64,000 nt of DNA, taken from contig CP142730.1 of the NCBI GenBank assembly GCA_036630325.1, positions 806,001 through 870,000 of the forward strand. Reading direction: 5' to 3'. Within the stretch, counting starts at the first letter, position 1. The number at the start of each line of letters is the position of its first letter. The position numbers were made by a program, and so were the translations under genes. Below, piece by piece: positions 10,848 to 21,143 of the stretch. The notes under the pieces were generated by a model. It saw nothing but the letters and a program-made list of their open reading frames with translations, had not been told where the DNA came from and did no database searches. The stretch is from Vairimorpha necatrix (Eukaryota).

Positions 10848-11500
10848 TAAAATTCGCGCGACTTACAAATTTAAAAAAATTCTTTTCAAACTCGCGCAAA
10901 TTTTATTTTTTTTTGCATCAAATTCGCGAGAATTATCTATTTTTTAAAAGATTTTTTTTAAAAAAGTCGCGCGACTCGTCTAACAACTTAAAAGTATCAA
11001 ATTCGGCCGACTTACCTTTTTTTAAAAGATTTTTTTGTATCAAATTCGCGGAACTCGCCTAACAACTTAAAAGTATCAAATCCGCCCGACTTATCTATTT
11101 TTTAAATAATTTTTTTGTATCAAATTCGCGCGACTCGCCTAACAACTTAAAAGTATCAAATCCGCGACATATCTTTTTTTAAATGATTTTTTTTGTATCA
11201 AATTCGCGCAACTCGCCTAACATTTTAAAAGTATCAAATCCACCCGACTTATCATTTTTTAAAATGATTTTTTTGTATTAAATTCGCGCGACTCGCCTAA
11301 CAACTTAAAAGTATCAAATCCGCTCGACTTATCATTTTTTAAAATGTTTTATTTGTATCAAATTCGCGCGATTTATATACCGGATTTTTTTGCACCAAAT
11401 TATACTACCTAAATATTTTAAAGTATGATTTTTACTCCCATGCGCACCTTAACTTGCCTATTAACTTTAATTATTTTTATACCAAATCCGCGCGACTTAT
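10848..11500. repeat. CpG-rich minisatellite, ~80-bp unit built from two ~40-bp related halves
   Basis: AAATTCGCGCGACTCGCCTAACAACTTAAAAGTATC-AAATCCGCCCGACTTATC...TTTTTGTATC recurs at ~10962, 11042, 11122, 11200 and 11280, with a partial copy at 11360 and degenerate halves on both flanks. Confidence 0.92.
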
Positions 11501-11718
11501 CCTTTTTATAGAATATATTTCGTAGATTAAATTCATAAAGCTTAGATAAATTAAAAATAGCCGCCTTTGTCCATATATTTTGGAAAGATTACAAAAACAA
11601 GACATTTTTTTTGTAGAAATCTAATAAACACAATGCAACTCTGAATATATAAACAAATACATGTAAGTATAAAAGCTTCATTTACAAGTATACTTCTTAT
11701 TTATTTTTTTATACCCCA

Positions 11719-12648
11719 ATGCGGCTAGTAAGGACTCAAAAAGAATACGATCAAATTGTAGCTTTCCTCAAGGGGGAGATTTCCCCTAAGGAAGTTGGCT
11801 CTAAAAAAAAATTTCATCTAAAAAAGAAGTCTGAATATTTCATTCTTATAGACGACATTCTTTTCCTTAAAGTTTCAAATGGAGCCCATAAAAAAGTATT
11901 AGTAACAGATGATTTGGAAACTCTAAAGGAAGAAGCACGGAAGATCCATAACCAAGGCCATTTAGACTCTTTTCGTCTCTTTAAAAGGTGCACAGAATTA
12001 TATCATAATATTCCAAGAAGTATTACAAAAGAGGTGTTCGGGGAATGCGATGTCTGCAACGGGCATCTTCCCAAAGTTGAGGAAAAAAGTAACGAACTTT
12101 TGGCTTATAGACCTTTTGAAAGGATAATACTTGATCTTGTCGATATGAAGTCTTATAGCGACCAAAATGATGGGATGAGTTGGATACTCACGGCGTTAGA
12201 TGTACGCACAAAGTACGCTTATACATCTGCCTTGGAGACCAAAGCTCCCGTCGAAATAGTAGCACAATTAGAAAAGACCTTCTACATGCTGGGCTTTCCT
12301 AGTGTGCTTCAATGTGAAAGAATACAGGAGTTTAGGGATACAAAAATGGTAGAATTTTGCAAAAAACATAAAATATTGCTTATTAATCAAAGGCGGTGTG
12401 ATTCCCAGTATAGCAGGCAGATTAAGAGGTTTATACAGACTCTTAATAGATATCTGCAGAAGCATCTGCACGGGGAAACAGGGGCAAATAGTAAGAGGTG
12501 GACTATGATTATTAATAAAGTTGTTTATGACTATAACACTGCCGTACATTCTACTACGAGAAAGTCGCCTTTTATGTTACTCTTTGGAAGACTTGGATAT
12601 AACACGTGCATGAGCATTGATGAAGAAGGGGAAGAAGAGGAAGAGTAA
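11719..12648 (+). CDS. Integrase-derived protein (H2C2 zinc finger plus rve fold, KRBA2/SCAND3/Ginger-like), catalytic residues altered
   Basis: HNQGH...CDVC; ERIILDLVDM; LQCERIQEF in place of LQSDNGxEF; QIKRFIQTL in place of xVERxNxTL; YNTAVHSTTRKSPF. Start context CCCCAATG; acidic tail; no LTR or TIR seen. Confidence 0.85.
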   Translation: MRLVRTQKEYDQIVAFLKGEISPKEVGSKKKFHLKKKSEYFILIDDILFLKVSNGAHKKVLVTDDLETLKEEARKIHNQGHLDSFRLFKRCTELYHNIPRSITKEVFGECDVCNGHLPKVEEKSNELLAYRPFERIILDLVDMKSYSDQNDGMSWILTALDVRTKYAYTSALETKAPVEIVAQLEKTFYMLGFPSVLQCERIQEFRDTKMVEFCKKHKILLINQRRCDSQYSRQIKRFIQTLNRYLQKHLHGETGANSKRWTMIINKVVYDYNTAVHSTTRKSPFMLLFGRLGYNTCMSIDEEGEEEEE

Positions 12649-13689
12649 TTTATGGGATTATAGAAAGTTAAAAATAAATTAAAGTTAATTAGAAAAATAA
12701 AATTTTAATAAATGAAAATTATGTTTTATTTGTGCAACAATATTTTGATTTTTAAAAAGTCTAAAAATAAAATGCTTCTTAAAATAAATTTAAATTTAGT
12801 CAAAAATGGGTATAAATTTTTTTCTGGAGAAAAATAACTACTGTTTGTTTATAGTCTTATTATATTATGGATAAAATTTTTCACTTTAATAAGAATTTAC
12901 AGTTTTATTTATGTTATTATAGCTTAATCTTACAATAAATCCATAAACATGTCATAATTCAAATTAAAAACCAAACAAATTTTTAATGAATTTATTTATA
13001 AAAAATGATAAAAACATGTGTTAAACTAGCTATATAGAGGCAAAAATTAGTTGGATAGTATAGGAGCTTATACTTGATTCGAAGGTTTATATATAACATG
13101 CCCGTACTTAATTAAATGTAAGTTCTTCTTTAATCAAGAAATACTCTTGGGCGTTCGATTCAAGACCAAATGACATATTTAGATATAGCGTTCTCCCTTA
13201 TTTTACTATATTTCTAGAAGAAGTTACAAATCTGTTACGTATGAAATAATCAAGCCTATATATAGGGCGGCGGAACTCCCTCGCCCGTATTTTCTTTATT
13301 TTTTTAAATACATAAGCAGCGTGTTGGTTTTACTTTTTTTGTGAGAAATTTGCTTAAAGATATTGTATCTATAATTATAACAAAAACTTTTTGATCTATC
13401 GTCAAAAATAAGTCCAGACTTACACGAGACAAGTACGGCTGGAAAAGGCAAATCTAAAACACAGTGAAATATTACTTTTAATCGAATATTAACTAAAATA
13501 ATGTCGTACGTTTAATGTTATTAAGTATAAATTCCATGTACAAAATACATATACATGATCATTTGTATTCTTTACAAAAGCGGACACATTCAATATAATT
13601 TTAAAGGTCTAGGTGTAATTCATTGTTTTGGGATTAAAAATTTATTTTTAGATCTATAAAAGAAGAACGATAACTATTACGTAAAAAAA

Positions 13690-14480
13690 GATGCCCTTAA
13701 CCAGTGGTAGAAGGCAATGCTTTTATTACGCAGTGGCTGGGTTCGATTCCCAGGGCACCAAATTGTTTCTACTTTCTATGATGCAGTTGGAACAACTCAG
13801 ATGATGAAAATGTCCACGATAATCATTAAGTTGATTCGATGAAACTTGTGTGTGTCCAGCCACAAGGGGATAAGCATATAGTGTAGAAACGCACCTCGGG
13901 GCCAAAAAACAGTATCACCCTTGTGGTGACATAATGATACATAAAAGTAACTAATGGGTACGGCCTAGTTGGAGCCCATGGCCGGTGCGCTCTAGAGTGG
14001 TATCCTAGAGCTAACTAAAAGACTAGACGAAGTAGGGCAATAGAAGGTCTCGTGGACCCTATCCTACAAGATCCTGTAACACGGTGGCCGAAACTAGTGG
14101 GAGACTGGTGGTCAACGCAGCCCAATAAAAAACGCCGGGCTGGTGATGTGGTCGTGTAAGGAGCCGCGTGTGCAATACGGATGATTGTGGAGACCTTTGA
14201 GTCATACGATAATGTCTCTCCTCGGGTTATAGATAGCCATTCACGTTAAGAATATCCGCTGTGAGGTCACTCTGGACGCGATTTGAGGTATAAATGGAAA
14301 GTGTCCTCCTTGAGCCAAAGTCCAATGGACACGGCGGAGCCTTCTGCAACGGCAAGTTGTATTGAGGGAGCTTTAGTGAGTAAGAATCTCACAGTACCAG
14401 TTAGATGAGGATCACACCCTTTTCCCTCTGGTCCCTATGTAAGGTTTCTCCCTACCTCTTACTTGCAAGAGAAAAAAAAA
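13690..14480 (+). mobile_element. tRNA-headed SINE-like element with a long structured body and A-tail
   Basis: tRNA-like head 13690-13760 (box A-like TAACCAGTGG 13698-13707, box B GGTTCGATTCC 13740-13750, ends ACCA). ~700-nt GC-balanced body with many helices, terminal hairpin CTCTT/AAGAG and A9 at 14472-14480. No ORF in the track. Confidence 0.7.
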
Positions 14481-14832
14481 TACAATTTTTTGGGTACTAT
14501 ATTTTTTCATCACCATATGGTTAATCATTCATTGTATTTTAGGGACCAAAATACGGGAGTTCATACCAATACCATACAAGGTAATTGGCGTTCACTAAAA
14601 AATTCTATACTTAATAGAAATAGATCAGTTAATAGTGCAAAACTTTATTTATTTAAATATATGCTCCAGAGAAATAATTCCAATTCTGTTTTTGATGCAT
14701 TATTAAATTAATTGTTCTAATATTAATTTTTGTTCCTTCCTCAACATTTTCTCTCCCCCATTTTGGAAAAAAGCGGCAAAAAACACAAAAAACCCCATAT
14801 CGAAATTTGCGTGCTAAAGTGGACTTTAGCCC
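14481..14832 (+). pseudogene. 3' fragment of a Merlin/IS1016(ISXO2)-type transposase with a probable element end
   Basis: VNHSLYFRDQNTGVHTNTIQGNWRSLK matches the Merlin VNHS...GVHTNxIEGxW motif. Confidence 0.75.
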
Positions 14833-15347
14833 ATTTATTATCTTATGGGACAATTTTAAATTATGTAAGATTGATGAGCATGGATTTATAAAATAAGTGT
14901 TGTACGTAAAACTGTTATTAGAAAACATGTTGTTATTTTTTACGGAATTTATAGTCCAAATATCACATGCAAATATCTTGTATCGAATGTCATTTGATAA
15001 ATAATTGGATGAGATTTGACATGTTATACTACCAACAATAAGTTACCAATTTGACAGCAAAAATCAATCATTTTATATTCATGTGTTTATTTGCTTTGAT
15101 TTTGAAATCAAGTCATGGGCAGATGTCAAATGTTTTGAAAAATTTGATATATTAACAAAGACAATAAAACCTTATTTTTAAAAGTTTAAATTTTTTTTCA
15201 TATATAACACTAAACTTATACACAATCTAAATTGTATATATTGATTGATCATCGCAATATTTTGCTAAAATGTTTGTTCAAAAATCAATTTAAATTTTTT
15301 TTAAAGATCATCTAGTTCCGTATAAAAATAAATTTTCTTTTTTCCCC

Positions 15348-17570
15348 ATGAAAATTTTTACTTATTTATCTGTATTATTTTTTACACGAGAATGTCAACA
15401 TGTGTATAATAAGCTTAATACTGCAATAATAAATAAAATAGATGAAGGAGACTACTGCACAATAAATTTAGAAAAACGATACATGATAGTCTACTTATCT
15501 GAAGACTATTTATCATCCGGGACTGAACTAGACATAAAAATAAAAATTTACAATTCTAATAATGAACTAAAATGTCATACTATAAAAATTAAACAGGGTT
15601 ACAAAGAACCTAAAGATTTGTTCCATGAGATTGAAGACAATATATTAAATGCACATATAAAGTACAACCCTAACCATATCATATTAATATACAGTAAGGA
15701 AAAGTTTAGGTCGTCAGAAATTTTTAAGAAAATAATCATGCTATTAAAAGAAGCAAATAATAAGATCAAAGAAAATTTTTTTAAGCCGGATTTTTATTAT
15801 ACATACATTATTAGAAGTGATTTTTTGTGGGGAAGAATGTTTGAAAAAATAAGAGACTTTAGTATTGATGGAAATGATGAACCAATTAAAATCCCCGTTA
15901 TATATGTAAGAAGGAAGGATAAAGATGTTAAACGTCGTATAAATCTATGTATTAGAGCCGAAAAAATATTTTATTTTTTTGAAATCAATCTTCAAGAACT
16001 TGATCCCGAAAAGCTTGTATCTTTGTTTGAGTGGAAATCTTCTTATGTTAATAATCCCGAAAAAAAGATAGGTACTTATTTTTACGATTTACATAAGCTC
16101 GTATATGTTAGTGAGATTGATACAAGGCCTTCATGTTTCTGGATTTGTACATCTAAAAAAATTACTATGGCCAAAACTAAATTTAAAATTTTTATGTTAA
16201 AAGATAAAATAAAATTTAAACAGAAGGCTGGAGATTTCATTTATTCACTGAATACAAATTCAAACGTTAACAGTACAACAATGATTATTAAAAATGAAAT
16301 TTTTACGGAATTTAAAGAAATATTTAAAGAAATATCTGTAATAGAAAATGAAGACATTATTGTAAAAAGTATTGGTATGTTATATAAAGTTATGGAAAAG
16401 GGAAACAAATTATTGTTTCTACTAGGAAGAATTCTTAGTAGGCCAGGCGCAGCTTTAAATATAATCTTTGCCCATTTTTTATTGCATCATGGAATAATAG
16501 ATGGAAATGAACTAAATAAAATAATAGGAAAAGATGAACAAGCTGAATTTAACAAGACCCAACTTTTAGAAAAAATATTAAAACATACGCCCAATTTTTA
16601 TTCAATTAAATTTTGTCTACTCTTGGAATTCGAACGCTACATAAATGAAAATGACGTTAAACACGACAAAATATTTAGTACATTTATTAAAATTTGGGAT
16701 CTTATTCGATTAAAAGAGCAAAATCAATCGAAATCTTCGATTGATCCATACAAAAAACTAGGAAAAGATAATATTTATGTTACAAAATTATATTATGAAG
16801 TTTTAGGTTGGCATAATATCGATATTAAAGAATTTAAATATGACGTATGGCTTCATATTCTAAAGTTAGCAACATTATTTACAGAATCAGAAAATAATTA
16901 TTGTGAGTGTAAATGGGTCAAATGTGATACCATAAAAAACGACATCATAACTAATTATAAATTGAAAAAAAACGATATATTACAGAATAATGAACTAATT
17001 AGAGCAAAATTACTAGGAAGTACGCGAAAAGATTCTGAAAAAGAAAAATCTATGAAAATAATACAAAAAATACACAAACTAATACAAAGAGTTTCATTAA
17101 ATAAAATACTAACAGTTGATTCAAATAAAGAAGTAAAAAATATATTTTATGATAAAGTAAGTTTAAAATTTGAAAAGGAGTTAAGAGAAGAAGGCATAAA
17201 AGCAATGGAAGAAATATATAATAATTTAAGAATAAAAGTATTATTTAGAAAAATTGAAATTGTAAATCCAAATTTAGTAAATGAATATAAAAACAAGGAA
17301 ATAGAAAACTTCTTTCACAAATTAAATCTCAATATAAAAGCTAATATAGAAAGAAGTTGCGTAAGTGAATTGCCAAAGATTGTTAAAACATTATTAGAAT
17401 GTGAAATAAAAAATAATAAAACACTAAAAGCAAGACATCAACTAAGCATAAAGAAAATTAGAAAGAAGTTGCCTATAAAAAAAAAATTACATATTTTTAA
17501 CGAAGTTTCGGGCATTAAATTGCATGATGAATCTGTAAAAGTAATAGAAGACAAAATTTTTTCGATCTAA
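15348..17570 (+). CDS. ~740-aa signal-peptide protein, expanded family paralogue 1
   Basis: Hydrophobic N-terminus. Shares YNKLN..I.NKI, YxFE, KxCLxxExExYINEND and terminal GxxLHxxxxKV with the ORFs at 21144, 27257-33441 and 40536. Start context CCCCATG. Confidence 0.88.
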   Translation: MKIFTYLSVLFFTRECQHVYNKLNTAIINKIDEGDYCTINLEKRYMIVYLSEDYLSSGTELDIKIKIYNSNNELKCHTIKIKQGYKEPKDLFHEIEDNILNAHIKYNPNHIILIYSKEKFRSSEIFKKIIMLLKEANNKIKENFFKPDFYYTYIIRSDFLWGRMFEKIRDFSIDGNDEPIKIPVIYVRRKDKDVKRRINLCIRAEKIFYFFEINLQELDPEKLVSLFEWKSSYVNNPEKKIGTYFYDLHKLVYVSEIDTRPSCFWICTSKKITMAKTKFKIFMLKDKIKFKQKAGDFIYSLNTNSNVNSTTMIIKNEIFTEFKEIFKEISVIENEDIIVKSIGMLYKVMEKGNKLLFLLGRILSRPGAALNIIFAHFLLHHGIIDGNELNKIIGKDEQAEFNKTQLLEKILKHTPNFYSIKFCLLLEFERYINENDVKHDKIFSTFIKIWDLIRLKEQNQSKSSIDPYKKLGKDNIYVTKLYYEVLGWHNIDIKEFKYDVWLHILKLATLFTESENNYCECKWVKCDTIKNDIITNYKLKKNDILQNNELIRAKLLGSTRKDSEKEKSMKIIQKIHKLIQRVSLNKILTVDSNKEVKNIFYDKVSLKFEKELREEGIKAMEEIYNNLRIKVLFRKIEIVNPNLVNEYKNKEIENFFHKLNLNIKANIERSCVSELPKIVKTLLECEIKNNKTLKARHQLSIKKIRKKLPIKKKLHIFNEVSGIKLHDESVKVIEDKIFSI

Positions 17571-20500
17571 ATAAATCTAAACAAAATAAAAAACTGCATA
17601 GATTATTTTTATGCCGGACAAAAGGTATCATTTTTTCTCATTACTCAAAGAACATATTATTTTTCCATGATGCCAGCGGCAACCTTGTATTTTAAATCAA
17701 TCTACAAATTTACATAATTAATGACAAAATAAATATTAATTGCAGTTTAATGCTTTTGTATGAGTCACATGATCGGATAACTAGATTTTTGATTAATCTT
17801 CATAATGTTTTTTAGATTTATTTTTGATTTATAATACACGCTGAAAATATTTGGAGTAAAGAGTAATAGACAAAACTTTCTAAAATATTAGAGTTAAAAG
17901 ATTAACATATTCTTTATATTATGTCGAATAATGTTTACTTAGATTTTTTTTTTCATATGAAAACCTCTATCAAGATCATATATGAACAATAGACTTGTGA
18001 AACTGTGGTAATATTATTGACGAATTTACAAAAAGTAAACACTCTGGTGTTTTTTGACATATTTTAAACAACAAGCAATTATTTTGTAGAAATCTGGAAC
18101 TAATACTTTCGAATTCTTACTTTTTCTATTTTTCTTCGATAAAATGTAAAAAATAGCTTTATACGTGTAAATAAAGTGTACTTTTATTTGAGAAATATTT
18201 TATCCGCCTTTCTTTATTACCATAATATGATAATAAGTTGTTGTTTCCTTGTGTGTTAAGGTCAATGTGTCTTATTTATCATAACTAAAGATAACCCTCA
18301 ACATTTCAAATAGATTTACTTCTTTATTGCTAAAAATTAAAGAATATTTTGAAACCTTTTAGTTTTTTTAAAAATTGTTTTAAGAGATTCTTCGCTCGAG
18401 GACTATTTTTATAATTTTTTTATACTAATTAATAAATCAAATTATAAATTATATTAGGTTATATAAAACTATCAGACAAAGAATACTTGTTGAAGTTTTT
18501 GTTGTATATGGTTTTAAATATAGATCATATATATAATGGTGTTAAAACATTAATGAATTATAGTTTTTCTTGAATTTCTTAAATTTTGTTATATGTGTAG
18601 AGATGATAATTTTTTGATATCTTAAACACGCTTTATATTAATTTAATGACTGCCGTAATTGAAATGAAGGGTTGCCTCTGTATAAAATACTAATCTAGCA
18701 GTATAATGTTCCGTGTTAATTTAATCATACTTTAACTAATTTTTTTAGCATAATGTTCTATATGATTTATATTTATTCTTCACTATTTTTGACCAATGCA
18801 AAAGATAGGCTGCATTTTTCGTTCTGTTCAATCGCATTAACATATTTTTGATAATTTCTATAATTTTAAAAGATAAAAAACAGCTTTGAGTTTTTTTAAA
18901 ATAAATGTTTTTTATTTATTTTATATATTAGTTTTACAGTGATATTAATAGAATCTGGGCCATAGGAAAGTTTTTTTCATATTAATAAAAACGTAATTCA
19001 AGATTCGTTTTATTTTTCTTTTATTATTATTTTTGTACGTACTGGTACCTTCTAAGTGAGTATTATATTGTTTCTATAATTTTTATAAGTTAGAAAGCAC
19101 AAAAATTTTACTAAAAATTAAAGTTAAATATAGACCTCAACAATTTCTGGCATTATATACTAACAACACAGCTAATTTTATCAAAAAATCATTAATAAAA
19201 CTTAAACGATTTTGAATAAAAAGTTTTTTGTATCTTAACCAAAAATAGACTCTATCATGGCAAGCATAAGTTAGAACCATTTATGTTGTCATTTAGGATT
19301 TTATTGAGCGTAAATAATTATAGTATGGGGTTTCACAATAAGAAAATTTGCTTTTATCGCACTGTTATTCATTATATATAACTTTAACTCGGTTTTTAGT
19401 TAAGAAATTTGTTACATTAATAACAAAAAATCTTTTTTTTTTGCTGTTTTGAGTATTTCTTGTTTATCATAGCGAATTCAAATATATGCAAACGCGAGCT
19501 CAAAAAGAATCATAAAATCGTGAAATTTTATAAATATGATTAATAAAAGGTTAGCTTCTATTATAAACGTATTTCGGTGTCAAATTGAAGCTAGTGATAC
19601 ACATGAATTAAATCTTACTTAAATGATATTAACATTTAGAAACATTTTTTATTTAGAGCTCTATTTAAGATTTTGTTGTATCTCAACAAATTGATGTAAA
19701 CAAAAATTCTTTTGCTGTTAAAAATTTGAATTTTATAGAAAACAATTAAACCAGGTAAATTTTAATTTGATTTAATAATAGATGATGCTTTTTTTGCTAT
19801 TTGATAGCGTCTGAATGTCAATAAGATTCTTATAAAATGCGATAATGCATACCGACTTAAACATTGCTTGATAATAATAATGCAAGGCCTCTTAATTCTA
19901 ACTACAAAACAGCTATTAATATTATATTATGGAATTGATAAGTATGCCTAAAAACCGACAAATGAGATTTTTTAAAATTCTCTTGATTACAACTTTTTTA
20001 AAAAAAAAACATGATCATAATAGCAATTTTCGTCAGAAAAATGCATAGAAAATATATTATAGAGTAAGCAGCACTGTTCTCACTTCGAGAAACAGTATAT
20101 ATAAAAAAGTAACCTAATATGTGCCTTTTACTAACAAAGCCAGGGCAGCAAACAGCGGCAACGGACCGCTATATAATGTATTTATATGGTTATTTATGTT
20201 ATTTTTAGTTCATTCATGCTTTTTTAGCATGTGTTGACAAACAAAAAAAAATCATAAGAATAAAAATCCAACAGTACAAATTATAAACCATAGTAACAGT
20301 AGATTCTAAAATGGAGACTTGAATACAAAGTAAAATAAGATTAGATAAAATGAATGAATAAACTTAATTGAAGAAAAAATCTTAAATTGTAGAAGGAATC
20401 ATTTTACTTGCTATTTAGAGCTGTATATTTAGCAAAAAAACATAAATGTAAGTTGATAGGTATTTTAAACGATTTTTTATTAATTTAACACATTTATATA

Positions 20501-21143
20501 TCTTTGTCTTATTATATGAGACGAAATATTGACATACAACCTGAACATATAGAAACGAAATTGGATTCCCTATTAACCCACACATATTTAGAATTAAAAT
20601 ATCAATTGAAGTTATAAAGAGCTTAATTTTAAAATTACATGGTATGTTAAAATCTGTAAATCATACCTTATGTTAAATCGAAGGCATTATGAAAGAAAGC
20701 TGACCATTACTATGTAAGTTTTATAACCTGAAAAAAAACATCAATATAGCCTAAAAACATTTTTTAAAAATAATACATAAAATACAAAACATAATGAGTT
20801 ATATTTTTCTTATTTCAAAAAGACATTAATCATCTTTTTTTTCACTTTTAACTAGTTTTGTATAAATTAATATATGATCAATAAGGTTAGACTTGCTTTT
20901 ATTGCCATCAAAAATTTCATTTCAACTTCAATTTGGAGTGTATATTAAATATAACAAATATAATCATACACTACCCTATAACATTATATATCAGCAGCAT
21001 ATATTTGATACATTAAGAACCAAGTTAAAAGTTAAAGGCTTGTGGGATTTGATATGAAGTAATCTACACAAATTAGTAGTCATATTATAAGTATTTTTTA
21101 AAAATTGCGTAATTTTGAATCAAAGTATATAGAATAAATTAAC

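Noticed and set aside
10848-11500. CRISPR array, or coding ORF 10808-11062
   Set aside because: The inter-repeat segments are themselves repeated, there are no cas genes and the context is eukaryotic; the ORF is a translation of the repeat.
13690-13760. Functional tRNA gene
   Set aside because: The acceptor stem is mismatched, the anticodon loop is 9 nt with no clear anticodon, and it runs into a long body; treated as a SINE head.
14010-14260. Group I (AGACTAGACG), group II domain V (GAGCCG...) or hammerhead (GATGA...GAAAC, further upstream at ~13800-13845) motifs in the SINE-like body
   Set aside because: Only isolated words; the required partner elements and stems were not found in the right order.
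17600-21100. Possible pseudogenised family paralogues in the long spacer
   Set aside because: No family motif could be recovered by eye; needs TBLASTN with the four paralogues.
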